From: Armatimonadota bacterium
GTDB lineage: Bacteria; Armatimonadota; Armatimonadia; Armatimonadales; Armatimonadaceae
Assembly (NCBI GenBank): GCA_043754515.1
Contig: JAYUUO010000203.1
Coordinates: forward strand, 1-10,091
DNA length: 10,091 nt
Direction: 5' to 3'
Numbering within the stretch: the stretch's first letter is position 1; the number at the start of each line of letters is the position of its first letter. The notes beneath the pieces were generated by a model. The model did not search any database. It saw nothing but the letters and a program-made list of their open reading frames with translations, and was not told where the DNA came from. Below are positions 5,656 through 10,091 of this stretch, one piece after another. The translations under genes and the position numbers were made by a program.

Positions 5656-8075
5656 TCACGGGACAAGGAACGAGTGGGTTCCGGCTCCGTGCCGCGTCAC
5701 GACGTTCGCGCCCGGAAGGAGTGCCGTCGCGCCGTCGGGGACCGTGACCTGACCGTGTGTTTCGTGCCGCCCATCGCCCCGGATTCGCTTCTCCCATGCC
5801 ACGCTGATCGTGCCCAGCGGGGTGGGTACCGTGCCACGCGCCTCCGTGAGATGGAACGTATGCGGGGCGACGACGAACTCATCGTAGCCGTCCGTCACGT
5901 GCGATACTCCTAGCACCACCCCTTGCAGGAACTCGATCGGAGTGCAAGCGAACCCGTGGCACAGGCTTCCCGTGCCGTGGAACGCCGATTTACTATGTTG
6001 CTGAACGTTCATCTCCCAAATAGTGGGCCATCCCACGGTCTCGATGATCGGAAACCAGTACCGACGAGCGCGGCGCATGGCCGCCTCGTCTTGACCACTC
6101 GCGATCAGAGCGCGTAGCACGAAGTGCTGCATATACAGTTCCGGCGCGAACAGCGACTCATCATCCAGCGCGGACGCGAGTTGCGTCATCCGGTCGAGAG
6201 TCGCGCCGTAGAGGTAGGCGAGCGCGTGTATCAGTTGTCCCGCGTTGGGATTCGCCTCGCTCTCCGTTTTTGCCAGGGGGAACTCCCGGTACCGCTCCCT
6301 CGCCTCGTCCTAGAACACCTGGTGCGTCGCGTCCGCTACGAACTGTGATTCGACGGCGTACCGCGCCGCCGATTCCGCGTCGCCCAGCCGCTCGCAGAGC
6401 CGTGCCATCGCCCGCAACCCGTGCGCGTGGAACCAGGAGACGACCGAACACCGCTTCCCATTTAGTTCCCGGCCAACGAATTGATAGGCCCAGTCCACGA
6501 AGTTCCAGTAGCGCGACGGCGTCTGGATCACGCCGTCGCCGGTGTGCCATCCGCGCACGGTGTCGAACACCCGATGTAGGGCCGTGACCGCTTCGGCGGC
6601 CAGGGGCAGGTCTCCTGAAAAGCGGACATACTCCTCCAGGATCATCGGGAAGAACAGGTTTGTCGGTGCCAGAACATACTGATCCTGTCCGTCGCACGGA
6701 CAAACGCCGGACAGCAAACCATCCACGGCCTGCCGGTCGGACAGGGCGAGTCGTAGGCAACGGGCGTTCAAACGCCCGTCACCGAACGCCCGGAGCCAGA
6801 GCACGTTTTCAGTGATCAGATCGTTGACCCAGAGCGCGCCCTCGCGCCACGGGCAGTCAATCAGCGTATCCGTGGCGCAGGCGGACAGCGTCTCGCGACA
6901 AACGTCGAAAAGTCTATCGAGCGCGGGGTCGCTACAGTGGAACGCCGCGGCGTCCCCGCTGACCGGATAGCGGCGGTCCACACCGCTCAGATCATGGATC
7001 GTCGCGGGAGCATCCCCCCGTTGCCTCCCCCGCCGGGGCGCGGACCGTGACTTGCAGGAACCGGAAGCCGCGCTCGTGCGTGCTCTCCACGGTCTGCCGC
7101 CCTTCGCGTAGCACGAACCGGTCCGCGAACCGGTAGACGATATGCTCGTTGGTTTGCAGGACCACGAGGCGATCATTCAGGAGAATCTCTTCATAGCCGA
7201 CGTCAACCATCGTCCCGGCGGGCGCGGAAATGTCGAGGCGAGATCCACCGATCACGGAGCTACCGAAGTCGAATATGTACGCCGTGTCGCCGCCCGAAAG
7301 CGGCACCGCGTACGGGAAGCAGTCGCCCTCGCGCGGCAGAGACGCGTGATCCTCGGTGGTCATCATTTCCGCGATGTGGACGGGGGCGGCGTCACTCAAA
7401 CGCGGAACATGGGCGCGGACGGCGGGCGGCAATGTCGGCGCGACGAGCGTTTGCGCCAGCGCGGGGATGTCGCGAGGCACGATGCTTTTACCAGCGAGTT
7501 CCGTCGCGGCCGCGATCAGTTCCGGCTCGTGCCACGCGCTTGTGTCGCCGCCCGTCTCCCAGCCGTCTGGTTCGCCACGCAGATCGCGCCCTTCGGAGAA
7601 GCCGGTCTGGAAGATGTAGATCGGCATGTCCTCGCGCCAATCCACCGCCCGCGCCACTTCCCAGCCCGCGCCCGTCGCGACGGCATCGCCATCACCCAGC
7701 TGGATGAGAAGCGCGGGCTGGGCGGGCGCGAACCGGAACCCCAGTACGTTACATACAGGCCACCTGGACCGCTATGTAGCTTTCGCCAGAGCGTAACAGG
7801 GTGGACACGTCGTACGTGTCGAAAAAGTTCACCGTGGACGACCCGCGCGCGGGGCCGATCCTGAGGCAGACGCTGTTGACATAGACACGATACGACGATT
7901 CCGCCGCGATCCGAAGATAGGTGGGCGCGGACGGCGGCGCATCGGGCAAAACGAAACGGGTTCGCGCTCGGAAAAATACATTCGGCGTGTCGGCGACGCC
8001 GGGCGGGGCTATCTAGACAGCACGCCACGCGGGCGTCTCCGGCGCGGGATACAGGGGCGCGATAGTTTGAATTAC
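5656..8075 (-). pseudogene. GH78 alpha-L-rhamnosidase-like glycoside hydrolase, pseudogene
   Basis: Fragments join into one protein: YRVYVN...GPARG, IFDFG, GFRFLQV, FHCSDPAL, DCPWRE..LW.ND, FVDW, TIWE, SLCHG, GTVPTPLG.I.V.W. Lesions: presumed start reads GTA (8075), TAG at 8015-8013, +1 frameshift ~7751, +1 frameshift in the G6 run 7014-7019, TAG at 6312-6310. Confidence 0.9.
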
Positions 8076-9100
8076 AGGTTCTCCTCCGAGTGTTCGTGAA
8101 ATCCCGGCATCAGCGCGGAGCGCAGGAAGCGCGACACGGCAACCGGGTCATTTTGTGTCAGCAGGGCGGTTATCTCCGGGTATCGCTCGTCCACGATGCG
8201 CCCGTAGCCGCGTAGCCAGGCGATACTCCCGCCGATGGCACCTGCCGCGTCCTCGCGGTACGGGTACTGATCCGTCGAGAGCCAGCCGTCATATCCAGTC
8301 CGCCGGAGCCAGTACAGCGACTCCAGGTAGGTGGTCGAATGTACGGTGCCGACGATCATGTCGTCGTCCCAGGTGCCGTGGTTATCGTTGAAATGGGTAT
8401 GAAAAAGGCGGTCCCCCGCGCGTTTCGCGAGCACTATCGCCTCGCCCACCGACTCGCCCGCCACGAAGGCGTGGCCGGTGTCAATCGTCACGCCGACGTT
8501 CGGCAAACCCGTTTCGGCGCATAGCAGGAGCGTGTCCGCCATCCACGCGATGTAGGAATGGGTGCGCGGCTCTTTCGGTTTATATTCTAGGGCGAAGCGG
8601 ATATCGGGGCACCGCGCCGCGACCTCGGCGATACAGTCGCGCAGGTAACCGCGCTCGGTGTTGTAATCAGCCCATAGTAGGTAGTCATAGTCATCCTGAC
8701 CGGGCCATATGTCGAGCAACCCACAACCAAGTAGCCGCGCGATGTCGGCCATGCGGAGCGTATACTCGACCGCCCGCGTACGGACGGCGGCATCCAGCGC
8801 GAAGAAACTGTCCCGACCGAATATTTTGTCGACGAACAGATCGGGGATGATCGAGACACACCCCAGGCCGTGATCGGCGAGCGCGCCCTTCATCCGCGTG
8901 GCGTTCCCTTCGACAGCGGCACTCGCCTCGACAATGTCCCAGTTGCCGACTAGTTCGACACCCGTGACGTGGGGAATCGCCGCCGCCCGCGCAAGCATAG
9001 CGAAGGTCTCGGGGTTATCCTTGTAACCGCCGCAGAACCGATCTTTCGTATTGCCCAGATTGCCCAAGATGACCGCGTACTTGTTCTCTTATTGTCCCAT
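8072..9100 (-). pseudogene. xylose isomerase-like TIM-barrel sugar isomerase with nonsense codon at codon 4
   Basis: Metal-binding motifs WPGQD, EYKPKEPR, DTGH, HFNDN..WDDD, DQYPYRED. RBS AAAGGA (9111-9106) precedes ATG 9100, which reads ATG GGA CAA TAA GAG AAC AAG TAC GCG GTC ATC TTG (MGQ*ENKYAVIL), in frame with the rest. Re-initiation at TTG 9067 cannot be excluded. Confidence 0.8.
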
Positions 9101-9125
9101 AGATTTCCTTTTTTCCCGCCGACGT

Positions 9126-9159
9126 CGCTACGGGGGAGCCGGATAGCTCCCCCGTAGCG
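9126..9159. repeat. perfect 14-bp stem-loop between cistrons
   Basis: CGCTACGGGGGAGC (9126-9139), loop CGGATA, GCTCCCCCGTAGCG (9146-9159). It begins 10 nt downstream of the TGA at 9170 on the minus strand. No U-tract follows on either strand. Confidence 0.85.
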
Positions 9160-9169
9160 GCACCCGAAC

Positions 9170-9340
9170 TCAGGGTTGCGGCGTCAGCGTGATCGAATCC
9201 GCCGACATCTTCAAACCGCCCCCAGCGGAGGACTTACCGTCCGCCTTCATCCCGAACACGTGCGACCCCGCCGAGAGATACATTGAGGCGGAATAGGTAT
9301 GCGTCTCGAAAACCGGGGGTGCCCAGCCGATACTGATCCG
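9170..9340 (-). pseudogene. 3' remnant of a protein ending in a CBM-like beta-sandwich
   Basis: Hand translation with one shift at the C5 run (plus-strand G 9315-9319): DQYRLGTP/VFETHTYSASMYLSAGSHVFGMKADGKSSAGGGLKMSADSITLTPQP*. L-AG-H-F...GK....D-I-LTP resembles the C-terminal strands of CBM6/35-like modules. No 5' part is present. Confidence 0.55.
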
Positions 9341-9981
9341 GGGACAGTTCGCCTCGGCCCCCGGTGGCGGTATCGTTACGAGCGGTTATCACACTGGAGG
9401 TACTACGCGAGCGACCGCGACGGGGCAGTGCTCCGACTCCTGGGTAGCGAGGCGCGCGATTTCCCGCTCCGAGGAGGGGTACTATATTTGATCCCCCCGG
9501 TGTCTCTCTCGTGACGCAATCCATCCCCAGAGTCGAGCACTTCTACGCCCATTTTGAGGTGACAGGTCTGCCCGACGCCGCGCTACATCGTCTGTTCCAT
9601 GCCCCCATCGCGTTGCCCCCGTCCGCCGCGTTAAAAAGTATTACCGCCGATATTGCCAGCCAGTTGCGGGACCATGAAGTAGACTTCACGCTCCAGTGGC
9701 GTGTGAAAGCCGTCGCTTACGAAGCCCTCGCGCTATGCCTACAGAGCCTTCCCAGCGACCGGCTTCGGGGCGGGGTGGCGGCACTTCAAAGCGTCAGCCC
9801 CGTGATACGCGCGCTACGGCATATCCAGGACAACTACGCGGCGCATCTCGGAAATGCCCTTCTGAGTGACATGTGTGGCATGAGCGAAGACCACTTCATA
9901 GTCCGATTCCGCGGGTGTGTCGGACAAACTCCCGCGCAGTACACGCTACACTACCGACTGAAAATGGCGACACAGCATTAG
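9338..9981 (+). pseudogene. AraC family transcriptional regulator, pseudogene (5' truncated, frameshifted, IS-interrupted)
   Basis: Cupin-like ..WRYYASDRDGA..PLRGGVLYLIPP, then a frameshift at the C6 run 9493-9498 into GVSLVTQSIPRVEHFYAHF...; first HTH CGMSEDHFIVRFRGCVGQTPAQY...RL. Ends abruptly at 9981 without the second HTH. Confidence 0.85.
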
Positions 9982-10091
9982 ACCTCTTGCATAAGTGCGT
10001 TTGAAATTCGGGATCGTTTTGAGCCCATGGTAGGTATGTCTTATCACAACATCAAAGACTACACGCCGGAGAAATTCAAGCGATCAACCGG
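9981..10091 (+). mobile_element. left end of an IS5-family (ISL2/IS702-like group) insertion sequence
   Basis: TTA (9978-9980) is followed by GACCTCTTGCATAAGT, resembling ISL2-group termini as I recall them; abrupt drop in GC; a transposase-like ORF starts about 55 nt inside. Confidence 0.75.
10036..10091 (+). CDS. IS5-family transposase N-terminus (partial)
   Basis: MSYHNIKDYTPEKFKRST(G) matches the Y..........FKR.TG N-terminus of ISL2-group transposases; alternative in-frame ATG at 10027. Confidence 0.7.
   Translation, partial: MSYHNIKDYTPEKFKRST

Noticed and set aside
4937..7864. Long alternative-frame ORFs (4937-5752, 6161-6760, 7142-7864 etc.)
   Set aside because: Arg/Gly/Pro-rich off-frame or antisense reads of recognised genes.
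6310..8015. Amber (TAG) recoding or readthrough as Trp/pyrrolysine in the glycosidase
   Set aside because: TAG is a normal stop for trpF (416) and the ORF ending at 1880, and the same gene also has frameshifts; pseudogenisation is simpler.
9126..9159. Intrinsic terminator
   Set aside because: No U-tract directly after the stem on either strand.
9299..9514. ATG 9299 as the native AraC start or an independent 71-aa gene
   Set aside because: Its first ~13 codons are antisense to the CBM-like remnant; only the distal part looks like an AraC cupin.
1..10091. CRISPR array, tRNA or rRNA
   Set aside because: No regularly spaced repeats or recognisable RNA-gene signatures seen.

Overview
GC-rich bacterial window (gene style resembles Armatimonadota; this is a soft inference) with two halves. 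The left half (1-5591) is intact. On the minus strand it carries a Tes/GDGT-MAS-like (MJ0619/COG1964-type) radical SAM enzyme, a tightly linked hypothetical protein with a ParB/Srx-like DGHH motif, a Swiss-Army-knife-type HAD domain protein, a solitary trpF and an ACT-domain protein that runs off the edge. A secreted TIGR03790-family gene lies divergently on the plus strand. The right half (5656-10091) is a decaying sugar-utilisation locus. It holds a GH78 alpha-L-rhamnosidase-like pseudogene (apparently lost start, 2 nonsense codons, 2 frameshifts), a xylose-isomerase-like gene with a stop at codon 4, and the 3' stump of a CBM-like gene joined back-to-back to a headless AraC regulator (apparent deletion of the divergent promoter region). 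An IS5-family (ISL2/IS702-like) element truncates that AraC at the right edge. The most interesting signals are the bacterial Tes-like enzyme with an atypical Cys motif, a 16-aa Trp/Cys-Cys micro-ORF with a strong RBS overlapping its start, and a Trp-containing uORF coupled to trpF by an ATGA overlap.
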